DNA of 64,000 nucleotides from Candidatus Limnocylindrales bacterium (GCA_035632635.1 DASQGL010000007.1:7304-71303), one strand, 5' to 3'; shown: positions 18,927-27,979, numbered from the stretch's first letter. The notes: generated from the letters alone by a model not told the origin. A program made the numbers and translations.

Positions 18927-20034
18927 CCGCCCGCTCGGCGGCCGCCGCCAGCAGCTCGCCGGCCCGCGCCATGGCGTCCGCCTCGGTGACGGAGCCACCC
19001 GTGAGGGATTCGACCCGGTCGAACACGCGCACCAGCTCGGCTTCGTCCTCGACCGATCCCCCGATCGCGATCACCGGGACGCCGGCCTGCCGCGCCCGCG
19101 CCGCGACCTCGGCCGGGCCCTTGCCGAACCTGGCCGTCTGACGGTCCAGCCGCCCCTCGCCGGTGAGGACCAGGTCCGCCTGCCGTAGCCGATCGTCGAG
19201 ATGGAGCGCCTCGAGCACCATGTCGGCGCCCCGGCGCAGCCGCCCATTCGCGAACGCGGTCAACCCGGCGCCGAGCCCGCCCGCCGCCCCCCCGCCGGGC
19301 AGGTGCAGCACGTCGGTCCCGAGATCGCGGAGGATGATCTGCGCCAGGCGCTCCAGCGCGCGGTCCAGCAACTCGACCATCTCGGGCGTCGCGCCCTTCT
19401 GAGGACCGTAGACCGCGCTGGCGCCCTCCGGGCCGGTCAGGGGGTTTGTGACATCGCAGGCGACGTCGACCTGCGCCTGCTTCCAGTCGCTGTGGACGCC
19501 GCCCACGTGGATCCGCTGCAGGCGGGCGAGCGCCGCCCCGCCGGGGGGAAGCTCCAGGCCGCGCTCGTCGAGCAGGTGGTAGCCGAGCGCCTGCGCCATG
19601 CCGGCGCCCCCGTCGTTGGTGGCGCTCCCGCCGATCCCGATCACGAACCGGCGCGCCCCATCGTCGTAGGCGCGTTGCATCAGCTCGCCGACGCCGTAGG
19701 TGGTGGTGGCGCGCGGATCGCGCCGCTCCAGCGGAACCAGGCCCAGGCCCGCGGCGCGGGCCATCTCGATCACGGCCAGCGCTCCGCCGTCGAGCACGCC
19801 GTAGGCCGCTTCCACCGGCTCGGACAGCGGGCCGCGGACCCGCGCCGTGCGCACCTCCCCCTCGAGCGCCGTGACGAACGCGTCGACCGTCCCGTCACCG
19901 CCGTCGGCGATGGGGAGCAGGTCGACCTGCGCCGCCGGGTTGGCGCGCCGGGCCCCCTCCGCCATCGCCTGCGCCGCCGCGACCGCGGTCAGGCTTCCCT
20001 TGAAGGCGTTCGGGGCGACGAGCAGGCGGAGCAG
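18886..20034 (-). CDS. glxK: Glycerate kinase
   Basis: Contains PIADGGDGT and GGSATNDGGAGM, and has the typical C-terminus. The conserved N-terminal motif LLVAPNAFKGSLTA lies upstream of the first ATG (19965), so the true start must be non-ATG. Candidates are CTG 20034 or ATT 20043, the latter overlapping the ilvE stop. Confidence 0.82.
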   Translation of the reverse strand: MLRLLVAPNAFKGSLTAVAAAQAMAEGARRANPAAQVDLLPIADGGDGTVDAFVTALEGEVRTARVRGPLSEPVEAAYGVLDGGALAVIEMARAAGLGLVPLERRDPRATTTYGVGELMQRAYDDGARRFVIGIGGSATNDGGAGMAQALGYHLLDERGLELPPGGAALARLQRIHVGGVHSDWKQAQVDVACDVTNPLTGPEGASAVYGPQKGATPEMVELLDRALERLAQIILRDLGTDVLHLPGGGAAGGLGAGLTAFANGRLRRGADMVLEALHLDDRLRQADLVLTGEGRLDRQTARFGKGPAEVAARARQAGVPVIAIGGSVEDEAELVRVFDRVESLTGGSVTEADAMARAGELLAAAAERAVSAFGSRPGRALP

Positions 20035-20038
20035 CCGG

Positions 20039-21010
20039 CTAATAGACGGGCGTCAGCCAGTCGCGATACTTCGGGTTACGCCCGCGGACGACCTCGAAGT
20101 AGAGCTGCTGCAGGCGGGTCGTGACCGAGCCCGGACGGCCCTCCCCGATCACGCGGTGGTCGATGTCGACCACCCCGCCGAGCTGAGCCCCGGTGCCGCA
20201 GAGGAAGACCTCATCGGCGGTATAGAGCTCCGATCGATCGATGGAGCGCTCGAACACCTCCAGGGCGAGCTCTTTGCGCATCAGCTCCATCAACGCGAGG
20301 CGCGTGATGCCTTCGAGGATGTTGTCGCTGGGCGGCGGAGTGAAGACCGCACCCTCTTTGACCATGAACAGGTTCTCGGCACTGCCCTCGCAGACGTGTC
20401 CGTCGTTGGTCAGCATGATCGCCTCGTCGAAGCCGTTCTCCATCGCTTCCGTCTTGGCCAGCGCCGAGTTCACGTAGATCCCCGTGATCTTGGCGCGCGG
20501 CGGCGCGACGTTGTCGTCGATGCGGCGCCAGGTGGACACCATGCAGCGCAGCCCGCGATCCATGTCGACGTAGTTGCCGTAGGGGGTGACGTAGACGGCG
20601 AACGAGTCCTTGAGGTTGTGGAGGCGGACTCCGATCTCTTCGGAGCTCTTGAAAGCGAGGGGGCGGAGGTAGACATCCTGCCGGAAACCGTTGCGACGGA
20701 CGAGCTCGACGCTGAGGTCGCAGAGCTCATCCAGGGAAATCGGGATCTTGAGCTTTAGCACCTTCACCGAGCGCTGCATGCGCGCGTAATGTTCGCGGAG
20801 CTTGAGGATGAACAGCTGCTCGTGCTCCGGGTTCCAGTAGCCCCGGATCCCTTCGAAGACGCCAGTGCCGTAGTGCAGCGCGTGGGTCATGAGGCCGAGG
20901 CGGGCATCGGCGTAGCGCAGGACCTCCCCGTCGAGGTACACCCAGTACTGGGCCTGCTCCCGGCGGCGGGCCTCGGCAGCCTTGGCTACGTGCTCAGCCT
21001 TGATCGCCAT
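20039..21010 (-). CDS. ilvE: Branched-chain-amino-acid aminotransferase
   Basis: 323 aa starting at ATG 21010, which is preceded by AAGGAGG with 7 nt spacing. Contains YGTGVFEGIRGY and the conserved C-terminal half. Confidence 0.92.
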   Translation of the reverse strand: MAIKAEHVAKAAEARRREQAQYWVYLDGEVLRYADARLGLMTHALHYGTGVFEGIRGYWNPEHEQLFILKLREHYARMQRSVKVLKLKIPISLDELCDLSVELVRRNGFRQDVYLRPLAFKSSEEIGVRLHNLKDSFAVYVTPYGNYVDMDRGLRCMVSTWRRIDDNVAPPRAKITGIYVNSALAKTEAMENGFDEAIMLTNDGHVCEGSAENLFMVKEGAVFTPPPSDNILEGITRLALMELMRKELALEVFERSIDRSELYTADEVFLCGTGAQLGGVVDIDHRVIGEGRPGSVTTRLQQLYFEVVRGRNPKYRDWLTPVY

Positions 21011-21179
21011 GAAGACGACCTCCTTTCGCGGATCCAGGACGGGCACCCTGGCGTGCGGGCTTCATCAAATTCAACGCGTCCTGACCCGATTATATGCTCG
21101 TCCCGCTTACCGGTAAACTCCCCGAACCTGACAGCGGGAATACCCCCTCCAAGCCCCGGTCGTATTCGAAAAAGCCTGT

Positions 21180-21192
21180 TAAGCTGACGCTG
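21180..21192 (+). promoter_or_regulatory. -10 box TAAGCT, N7, GTG (candidate leaderless start of yvcK)
   Basis: TAAGCT at 21180-21185, then 7 nt, then the in-frame GTG at 21193. Confidence 0.35.
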
Positions 21193-22488
21193 GTGGCCCC
21201 CCTTCGGATGGACCCTCGGCTGGCACGCTGGTTCACTCCGGGCCTGCACGTCAAGCGCTGGCTCCTGCTCTTGATGGTCGGAATGGTCCTGATCAGCCTG
21301 GGGGTCGGCTACCTGCTGCGCAACGTCTACTACTCGTTCACCTTTCCCAAGTTTGTCGGGCCGCTGACACTCCAGTTTCTGCCCCGGCCGGTTCGCGCCC
21401 TGCTCTTCGGGGCGGTCGGGATCAGCCTGATCGGGGTTGCCCTCTACATGCTCACCAAGTCCGTGCTGGGTCCCTTCATGCTGAGCAGCGACCGGACGCT
21501 GGCCGAGATCATCTACAACTACCGGTTCCTGCAAAAGGGCCCGCGGATCGTGGCGCTGGGCGGCGGCACCGGGCTGTCGACCCTGCTTCGGGGCCTGAAG
21601 AAATACAGCCAGAACCTGACTGCGATCGTCACGGTCGCCGACGACGGCGGCTCGTCGGGGAGGCTGCGCGCCGAATACCGCATCCTGCCACCCGGCGATT
21701 TTCGCCAGTGCATCACGGCGCTGGCCGACGTCGAACCGCTGATGAGCACGCTCTTCCAGCATCGGTTCAAGGAGGGCAGCCTGAACGGCCACTCGTTCGG
21801 GAACCTCTTCATCATGGCGATGGCCGAGATCACGGGCGACTTCGAGCACGCGATCCGGGAATCCGGCCGCGTCCTGGCGGTTCGCGGACAGATCGTGCCC
21901 TCGACCCTGCGCGACGTCACGCTGGTGGCCGAGATGGATTCCGGGGAGACCCGGGTCGGCGAGTCGAACATCCCGCATCCCAACGGGAACGGCGCCGCGG
22001 CGACCATCAAGCGGGTCTTCCTCGAACCCGAGCCCACCATCAACCCCGAAGCCGAAGAGGCGATCCTCAACGCGGAGATGATCATCGTCGGCCCGGGGTC
22101 GTTGTACACGAGCATCCTCCCGAACCTGATCGTGGACGGCATGGCCGAAGCGCTCAAGGCATCGCCGGCGATCAAGGTCTACGTCTGCAACGTGGCCACC
22201 CAGCCCGGCGAGACGGACGCGTTCCGCGTCAGCGATCACCTGAAGGCGATCGAGAGCCACCTCGGCGCCAACATCTTCGACTTCGTCCTCGTCAACAGCA
22301 ACAACAACTATCCACTGCCGGCCTCGGCGCAGGAGGCCGGGATCAAGCGCGTGCTCTTCGACCAGCAGACCGCGAACGGGCGCAGCATCCACGCGCTGCT
22401 CGCGGACGTGGTCAACTCGCGGATCTCGACCCACCACGATCCCGACAAGCTGGCAAAGGCCATCATGCGCAAGATCTGGAAGGCGTAA
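21193..22488 (+). CDS. yvcK: Gluconeogenesis factor YvcK/CuvA family (UPF0052) with N-terminal membrane extension
   Basis: Contains GPRIVALGGGTGLSTLLRGLK and VTVADDGGSSGRLR, preceded by two TM helices (RWLLLLMVGMVLISLGVGYLL). The start is uncertain: GTG 21193, ATG 21208 or ATG 21094. Confidence 0.85.
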   Translation: MAPLRMDPRLARWFTPGLHVKRWLLLLMVGMVLISLGVGYLLRNVYYSFTFPKFVGPLTLQFLPRPVRALLFGAVGISLIGVALYMLTKSVLGPFMLSSDRTLAEIIYNYRFLQKGPRIVALGGGTGLSTLLRGLKKYSQNLTAIVTVADDGGSSGRLRAEYRILPPGDFRQCITALADVEPLMSTLFQHRFKEGSLNGHSFGNLFIMAMAEITGDFEHAIRESGRVLAVRGQIVPSTLRDVTLVAEMDSGETRVGESNIPHPNGNGAAATIKRVFLEPEPTINPEAEEAILNAEMIIVGPGSLYTSILPNLIVDGMAEALKASPAIKVYVCNVATQPGETDAFRVSDHLKAIESHLGANIFDFVLVNSNNNYPLPASAQEAGIKRVLFDQQTANGRSIHALLADVVNSRISTHHDPDKLAKAIMRKIWKA

Positions 22489-22525
22489 CGCCTCCAAGGC
22501 GTTACGCCTGCAAGGCGTTACGCCT
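22481..22525 (+). terminator. Perfect 13-bp hairpin with a duplicated 3' arm, spanning the yvcK stop codon
   Basis: AGGCGTAACGCCT-cca-AGGCGTTACGCCT-gca-AGGCGTTACGCCT. Arm 1 contains the TAA stop. No U-tract follows. Confidence 0.4.
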
Positions 22526-22552
22526 GCCCGAAAGCGCTCGGCTGCGTTCACA

Positions 22553-22695
22553 GTACTTACCGCGCCACGGTGCGTCCGGGGCTCCGCGGCGCCCTCGCCG
22601 GCCACACTGTAGTGCCCGGCTCGGATGCTCGCGCCTCGCCCCTCCCGCACCGGCGCTTCTCGCGCGAAAGCGCGGCTCGCCCTGCGGGCTCGCTG
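22553..22695 (+). repeat. Dispersed GC-rich intergenic element, copy A (~140 nt)
   Basis: Aligns by eye over about 140 nt with the reverse complement of 51694-51829. Shared blocks: TACCGCGCCA, GGCTCCGCGGCGCC, GCTCGCGCCTCGCC and CTCGCGCGAAAGCGCGGCTCGCCCTGCGGGCTCG. The core is also present at 59572-59615. Confidence 0.75.
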
Positions 22696-22725
22696 ATCCG
22701 GCTACGGGCGGGAACGGTTACTGCT

Positions 22726-24219
22726 TCAAGCCGCGAGAGGTAGCCAGGCCGTAAAGGTCGCGCCTTCGCCGGGGCGGCTCTCCACCTGGATCACGCCGCT
22801 GTGGGCCTCGACGATCGACCGTGCGATCGCCAGCCCCAGCCCGGAGCCGCCAGTCGACCGGTCGCGCGCCTTCTCGCCCCGGTAGAAGCGCTCGAAGATG
22901 TGAGGCAGGTCGGCGGCCGGGATCCCCGGCCCCGCGTCGTGGACGCGGATGGCGGCCCGGCCGTCGGCGGCGAAGCAGCTCCAATCCTGCTCCGCCCCGG
23001 GCGCGTACTTCACGGCGTTCTGAGCCAGGTTGATGACGACCTGCTTGAGCGCGTCGGGGTCGGCCTTGACCACGATCCCGCCCTGCAGCGCCCGGCGCTC
23101 CGGGCTCCCCTGGTCGGGCAGGTGCAGCTCGTCGAGCGTCTCTTTGAGCCAGCTGTCCAGGGCGATCGGCCGCACCGCGGGCACGCGGCCTGATTCGAAC
23201 CGGGTCAGCGTGAGCAGGTCACCCACCAGCCGGGTCATGCGTGCGCTCTCCCGGCGCATCGCGTCCAGCGCAGCGTGGAGGGTCGAGGCATCGACGCTGT
23301 CACGGCGCGCGAGGACGTCGATGTAGCCGGCGATCGAGGTCAGCGGCGTGCGCAGCTCGTGGGAGGCATCGGCGACGAACTGGCGCATCCGGTCCTCCGA
23401 CTGGCGGCGGACCTCGAAGGCCTGGTCGACGCCGGCCGCCATCTGATTGAAGGCGACGCCGAGCTGACCGATCTCGTCATGCGTCGGCGGCACCGCCACC
23501 CGCTGCGTGTAGTCGCCCGCCGCGATCGCGTTCGCGGTCACCGCCATGTGCTCGAGCGGTTTCAGCGCGCGCCCGATGATCAGGGGGCTGAGCCCGAGCG
23601 CCAGCAGGAGCACGATCAGCGAGCCGATCAGCGCGAACTCGCGATCGAGGGCGAGGGTGCGGTCGATGTCCGCCGTGGAGACGCTGAGCTGGGCGATGCC
23701 GATCGGGCGGGCCCCCGGCTGGATCACCCGCAGGACGGTCAGGTAGGTGGCGGGCGGGTCACCCGCGCTGACCATGTAATAGGGGCGCGGGCCGCGCCGG
23801 ATCGCCGCCACGTAGTCGCTGGGCGCGAGCGCGATGGCCGGCGTGTCGGGGGCCAGGCTCGACGGCTGGAACGTGACGTAGGCGCCGTCGACGTCGTAGA
23901 TCGCGGCCGAGATCTGGCGCGAGGACAGCTCCCGGGCGAGCGCGATCAAGACCTGCCGGGTGCGGGTCGCCGAGGCCGCCGCGGTCAGCGGCAGCGCCCT
24001 CGGGCGCGCCGCCAGCTGCGCCCTGAGGAAGGTCGTCGCCACCGCCTTGTAGTCGTTGGCCAGGACGTCCGCGTTGCTGCGGAAGAGGACCTCGCGGGCG
24101 ACGAAGTATTGCCCAACCCCGAGCAGCAAGAGCAGCACCGAGAGCAGGGCGAGATAGAGAAACGTGAGGCGCCAGCGAAGCGACCGGAAGCGGGCGAGCA
24201 ACGAGGGCCTGGGCTTCAC
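22726..24219 (-). CDS. Sensor histidine kinase (TM-sensor-TM, HAMP, HisKA, HATPase_c)
   Basis: 497 aa with H-box FVADASHELRTPLTSI, N-box INLAQNAVKYA and G-boxes HDAGPGI / GGSGLGLAIA. Confidence 0.9.
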   Translation of the reverse strand: MKPRPSLLARFRSLRWRLTFLYLALLSVLLLLLGVGQYFVAREVLFRSNADVLANDYKAVATTFLRAQLAARPRALPLTAAASATRTRQVLIALARELSSRQISAAIYDVDGAYVTFQPSSLAPDTPAIALAPSDYVAAIRRGPRPYYMVSAGDPPATYLTVLRVIQPGARPIGIAQLSVSTADIDRTLALDREFALIGSLIVLLLALGLSPLIIGRALKPLEHMAVTANAIAAGDYTQRVAVPPTHDEIGQLGVAFNQMAAGVDQAFEVRRQSEDRMRQFVADASHELRTPLTSIAGYIDVLARRDSVDASTLHAALDAMRRESARMTRLVGDLLTLTRFESGRVPAVRPIALDSWLKETLDELHLPDQGSPERRALQGGIVVKADPDALKQVVINLAQNAVKYAPGAEQDWSCFAADGRAAIRVHDAGPGIPAADLPHIFERFYRGEKARDRSTGGSGLGLAIARSIVEAHSGVIQVESRPGEGATFTAWLPLAA

Positions 24220-24914
24220 GCCTTGATCCGGTAGCCAACCCCCCGAACCGTCTGGATCACCTGGTGCTGCTCGTCGTGGAGCTTCTGGCGGAGGTACCGG
24301 ATGTAGACCTCCACGTTATTCGCGTCGCCGAAGAAGTTGTACCCCCAGACCTGGTCGAGGATCCGGTCGCGCGGGAGGACCTGATTCGGGTGCAGCATCA
24401 GGAGCCGGAGCAGATCGAACTCGCGTCCCGACAGCTCGACCGGCTCGCCGGCGCGCATCACCTCCCGAGAGGCTTCGTCGAGCGTCAGGTCCTGCACCCG
24501 GAGCACCGGGCCGGCCGTCGGGTTCCTCCGGCGCATGACCGCCCGGATCCGGGCCAGCAGCTCGCCGAAATCGAACGGCTTGACCAGGTAATCGTCGGCG
24601 CCGACTTCCAGCCCCCTGATGCGATCCTGGACCTCGTCCCGGGCCGACAGGATGATGACGCCGGTGTCCTTGTTGCCGCGGATGGCCTCGGCTACGGCCA
24701 GCCCATCGAGCTTCGGCATCATGACGTCGAGCACGACCACGTGCGGCTTGAACTCGCTGATCTGCCGCAGAGCGGCCTGCCCGTCGGCTGCGGTCGACAC
24801 CTCGAAGCCCTCGTACTGCAGACCCAGCCGGATGAAGTCGACGATGCTCCGCTCGTCGTCGACGACCAGAACGCGTGGAGCCCGAACCGGGGTCAGGTCC
24901 CTCACAGCCTCCAT
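24216..24914 (-). CDS. OmpR/PhoB-family response regulator
   Basis: Contains VLVVDDE...VLDVMMPKLDG...KPF and a winged-helix C-terminus (VEVYIRYLRQKL...TVRGVGYRI). Start placed at ATG 24914, 9 nt after a TATATT box. The stop overlaps the kinase start. Confidence 0.92.
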   Translation of the reverse strand: MEAVRDLTPVRAPRVLVVDDERSIVDFIRLGLQYEGFEVSTAADGQAALRQISEFKPHVVVLDVMMPKLDGLAVAEAIRGNKDTGVIILSARDEVQDRIRGLEVGADDYLVKPFDFGELLARIRAVMRRRNPTAGPVLRVQDLTLDEASREVMRAGEPVELSGREFDLLRLLMLHPNQVLPRDRILDQVWGYNFFGDANNVEVYIRYLRQKLHDEQHQVIQTVRGVGYRIKA

Positions 24915-24929
24915 CTCGGCCCCAATATA
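24915..24929 (-). promoter_or_regulatory. -10 box TATATT, N9, ATG of the response regulator
   Basis: Minus strand reads TATATT (24929..24924), then 9 nt, then ATG 24914. Confidence 0.4.
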
Positions 24930-25009
24930 ACGGCGCACCAGCGCCTTTCCCAGCTTCTTGCGCGTTTCTCAGGCGGCTCTCAGCGAAGCAAGCCGGCGGC
25001 GCCGCTCGC

Positions 25010-25021
25010 TAATCTTTGCCG
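25010..25021 (+). promoter_or_regulatory. -10 box TAATCT, N6, GTG (leaderless-type)
   Basis: TAATCT at 25010-25015, then 6 nt, then GTG 25022. Confidence 0.4.
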
Positions 25022-25933
25022 GTGCCGGAGCCGGAAATCCTGATCGAGCGCAAGCCGCCGCGTCGCCGACCTTCCTGGACGATCCCGGTGCTGGCGGGCT
25101 CCTACCTGGGCGCGGTGACGCTGTTCATGGTGTTCGTCCTCCACCTGTCGGTTTCACCGGAGCGCCTGCTTCTGCTGATGCTGATCGCCGCGCTGGTGCT
25201 CGGCCGCGGCCGCCTCTTCCTCGCCGACTGGATCCCGTTCCTCGTCCTCTTCCTCTCCTACGAGTACCTGCGCGGCCTCGGGTCCCGCACCGGACTCGCG
25301 CACCATGACGTCACCGGGCTCGAGCAGACGCTGTTCGGCGGCACGATCCCGACGCTGACCCTGCAGCACGCTTTCTTCCACCCCGGACAGGTCAGCTGGT
25401 ACGACATCGCCGCGACGGCCTTCTACTTCCTGCATTTCGCCTTCCCCCTGGCGGTCGGCTACCTGCTCTGGATCACGGCCCGGCCTATGTTCCTCCGCTA
25501 TTCGCGGACGCTCCTGGCGATGTCCTTCGCGGCCTTCTTCTTCTTCCTGCTGGTCCCGGTCGCGCCGCCCTGGCTGGCCGTCCACGGCGTGGTGAAGATC
25601 ATCAATTTCACGCTGCCGAGCTACACCGACCTCCCCGGGATCGCGGCGCCGGCGACCGTCTACCACTTCTTCTACGCGAATCAGTACGCCGCCATGCCGT
25701 CCATGCATGCGGCCTACCCGCTGCTGGCCGCGCTCTTCGGGGTCCGGGTCTTCCAATGGCGCGCCCTGCCGCTCTTCGCCTACACCGCCTGCGTCTGGCT
25801 GAGCATCGTCTATCTCGGCGAGCACTACGTGGTCGACATCATCGGCGGGGTCGTGTTCGTCGCGGCCGCCTACCTGGGCGAGGAGGCGCTGACCCGCTGG
25901 TGGAGACGGCGGCAAGCCGCGTCTACGATTTGA
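25022..25933 (+). CDS. PAP2-superfamily membrane protein (inositol-phosphoceramide-synthase-like PAP2_C)
   Basis: Polytopic protein with C-terminal motifs PSMHAAYPLL and GEHYVVDIIGG (phosphatase motifs C2/C3). TTG 25016 is an alternative start. Confidence 0.75.
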   Translation: MPEPEILIERKPPRRRPSWTIPVLAGSYLGAVTLFMVFVLHLSVSPERLLLLMLIAALVLGRGRLFLADWIPFLVLFLSYEYLRGLGSRTGLAHHDVTGLEQTLFGGTIPTLTLQHAFFHPGQVSWYDIAATAFYFLHFAFPLAVGYLLWITARPMFLRYSRTLLAMSFAAFFFFLLVPVAPPWLAVHGVVKIINFTLPSYTDLPGIAAPATVYHFFYANQYAAMPSMHAAYPLLAALFGVRVFQWRALPLFAYTACVWLSIVYLGEHYVVDIIGGVVFVAAAYLGEEALTRWWRRRQAASTI

Positions 25934-26393
25934 GCCGGACGATCGCGCTGATCTCGACCGGCACGCCCAGCGGCAGCTCGTTGGTGCCGAGCGCCTGACG
26001 GGTGTGGCGCCCGCGCTCGCCAAAGACCTTGAAGATGAGGTCCGAAGCGCCATTCATGACCTTCGGCTGCTCGTCGAAGCCCTGGGCGGAGCGGACGAAG
26101 CCGCTCAGCTGGACGAACTGCTCGACTTCATCGAGGCTGCCCGTCTGGTGGCGGATCAGGCTGATGATGTTCAGGGCGCACAGCTCGGCCGCCCGCGCCC
26201 CGTCCTTGACGCTGAGCTCCGCGCCGACGGCGCCTTTGAAGCGCACCTCCCCGTTCCAGCTCGGGATGACGCCGGACGTGTAGAGGAGCTCGCCAACCCG
26301 CTGCACCGGGACGTAGGAGGCCAGGGCTTTGGGCGGCTCGGGAAGCTCGATGCCAAGGGCTCGGAGCGTCGCCTCGGCAGAGTGGGCGCTCAC
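25923..26393 (-). CDS. RidA/YjgF-family protein
   Basis: 156 aa with the typical RidA-subfamily architecture (LYTSGVIP..., ...VEISAIV). Convergent 11-nt overlap with the PAP2 gene. Confidence 0.85.
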   Translation of the reverse strand: MSAHSAEATLRALGIELPEPPKALASYVPVQRVGELLYTSGVIPSWNGEVRFKGAVGAELSVKDGARAAELCALNIISLIRHQTGSLDEVEQFVQLSGFVRSAQGFDEQPKVMNGASDLIFKVFGERGRHTRQALGTNELPLGVPVEISAIVRLKS

Positions 26394-26557
26394 GATCCGA
26401 CGGGGTCGCGTGGTGAGCAGGCGCTATCGACCTCCTCTGGCGAGGACCGGGGAGCCATCGCGCAGAGCCTATCGCGAGACCCGGTTAACCGTCTGCCGCA
26501 AAGCGTGAAATGGTTGTTAAGCAGGCAGGCCCCGGCGCGACGGCCGCGTCACCGGGC

Positions 26558-27841
26558 TCAGCGGCGGTAGGTCTGCAGGTCCTGGCGGCGCATCCGCCAG
26601 CGGCGGACCACCAGCGCGAGGACGAGCACGATCGCCACCGCCGCGCCGATCCCCAGCGTCCGGGCGGCGACGGGCAGCTCGAAGCCGCCCGTCCCGTGCG
26701 CCTGGGACGACGCGGTGCGGGGCTGGGGCGTGGGCAGGGCGGTGGCCCGAGCGGTCGGGCTGGTCACGGGGTTGGACGAGGCGGAGGTGGCCGCGGCGGT
26801 GTCGGGGATCCGGTAGAGGCCGATCTCGTTCGTGGTCGGGTTCCAGGTGTCCGCCAGCACCAGCAGGGCGGGGCCCGGCTGGAGCGCCAATGCGGTCACC
26901 CGCGGCCTGTGGGGAAAGCCGGTGCCCGCCAGCGGCGTCCAGGTGCTGCCGTGGTCGAGGGAGCGGAAGACCCCTCCCTGACCCTGGTCGCCGTCGCTTC
27001 CCACGTAGATCTGGTCCCCGCTCCACGGATTGATGCTGACCGCGTTCACGTCCGCCTGGGGAAGACCGGCGACCGGGTTCCAGCTGGCGCCGGTGTCATC
27101 GCTGCGATACAGGCCCTGGGAGGTCCCGGCGAAGATCGAATGCCCCGTGCTTCCCGATGGCGCCGGGCCCACCGCTATGGTGGCCAGCGTGGCGTCGGCC
27201 GGAAAGTTCCCATGCACGATCGACCACGCGCCGCTGAGCCCGGTGGACGTCTGCAGGTACCCGCCGGCGGTCCCGTTGTCGGCCCCCGCGAACAGCGTCG
27301 TGGTCGAGCCATCCTGGATCACGGCGACCGCCGCGATCGCGAGCGTGGCGAGCCCGAGGCTGTGCCAGCTGGCCGCGGCATCGGTCGAGTAGTAGACGCC
27401 GTGCGCGGTCCCGGCCAGCACCAGGCCCGGGGCGACGTCGATCGCCCGGACGTCCGGGTCGAGACCCTGACCCGCGCGAACCCAGCTCTTGCCCTCGTCG
27501 GCGCTCCGCCACAATCCCTGGGTCGGCGTCCCGGCGTAGACGACGGTGGGCTGCTGGGGATCGAAGTGGACGACCCAGGCGGCGCTGTCCGCGGTCAGGA
27601 CGGGACTCCAGGTCGCTCCGCTGTCGGAGCTGCGCAGCACGCCTCGACCCTGGGTCGCCTGCAGCATGATCGCGGGGTGCGCGGGGGAGATGGCGAGTGA
27701 CCAGACGGGCCGGTCGACGCTGCCCGGAACCTGCAGGCCGAGCACGCTCCACTGTGAGTCCGCGGCGGTGACCGCGCCACTCATCACTGTCGTCAGCGCC
27801 GCGCTCAGGATCAGCCACGCCGCAACTGCGGCGATCCGCAA
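26558..27841 (-). CDS. Secreted BNR/Asp-box repeat beta-propeller protein with C-terminal TM anchor
   Basis: Five Asp-boxes: SSDSGATWS, SADEGKSWV, STDAAASWH, SDDTGASWN, SLDHGSTWT. Signal peptide if TTG 27841 is the start (MRIAAVAAWLILSAALTTVMSGAVTA). Pro/Thr linker followed by a TM segment at the C-terminus. The upstream 440 codons of the 866-aa ORF are antisense to the next gene and were rejected. Confidence 0.7.
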   Translation of the reverse strand: MRIAAVAAWLILSAALTTVMSGAVTAADSQWSVLGLQVPGSVDRPVWSLAISPAHPAIMLQATQGRGVLRSSDSGATWSPVLTADSAAWVVHFDPQQPTVVYAGTPTQGLWRSADEGKSWVRAGQGLDPDVRAIDVAPGLVLAGTAHGVYYSTDAAASWHSLGLATLAIAAVAVIQDGSTTTLFAGADNGTAGGYLQTSTGLSGAWSIVHGNFPADATLATIAVGPAPSGSTGHSIFAGTSQGLYRSDDTGASWNPVAGLPQADVNAVSINPWSGDQIYVGSDGDQGQGGVFRSLDHGSTWTPLAGTGFPHRPRVTALALQPGPALLVLADTWNPTTNEIGLYRIPDTAAATSASSNPVTSPTARATALPTPQPRTASSQAHGTGGFELPVAARTLGIGAAVAIVLVLALVVRRWRMRRQDLQTYRR

Positions 27842-27966
27842 ACGCGCGCGAGGGATTGCGGGGGGATTGCGCGAAAAAACGGTGTAAGGATAGCAGAGAC
27901 CGGTCCGCGAAGCCGCCCCTTCGCCACGCTGCGTCCACGCAGCGGGACATCGCGGGGAGCCTCTAC

Positions 27967-27979
27967 TACAATGGCTCGC
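27967..27979 (+). promoter_or_regulatory. -10 box TACAAT, N7, GTG (leaderless-type)
   Basis: TACAAT at 27967-27972, then 7 nt, then GTG 27980. The ATG listed in the track (27971) lies inside the box. Confidence 0.4.

Noticed and set aside
22481-22530. A possible CRISPR-like or tandem repeat array (AAGGCGTTACGCCTGC repeated).
   Set aside because: There are only two or three 13-16-nt units with 3-nt spacers. No unique spacers and no cas genes are present. It is better explained as a hairpin with a duplicated arm.
20986-22650. 554-aa minus-strand ORF antisense to yvcK.
   Set aside because: It has Arg/Asp/Val-rich junk composition. yvcK on the plus strand carries conserved GGGTGLSTLLRGLK and DDGGSSG motifs.
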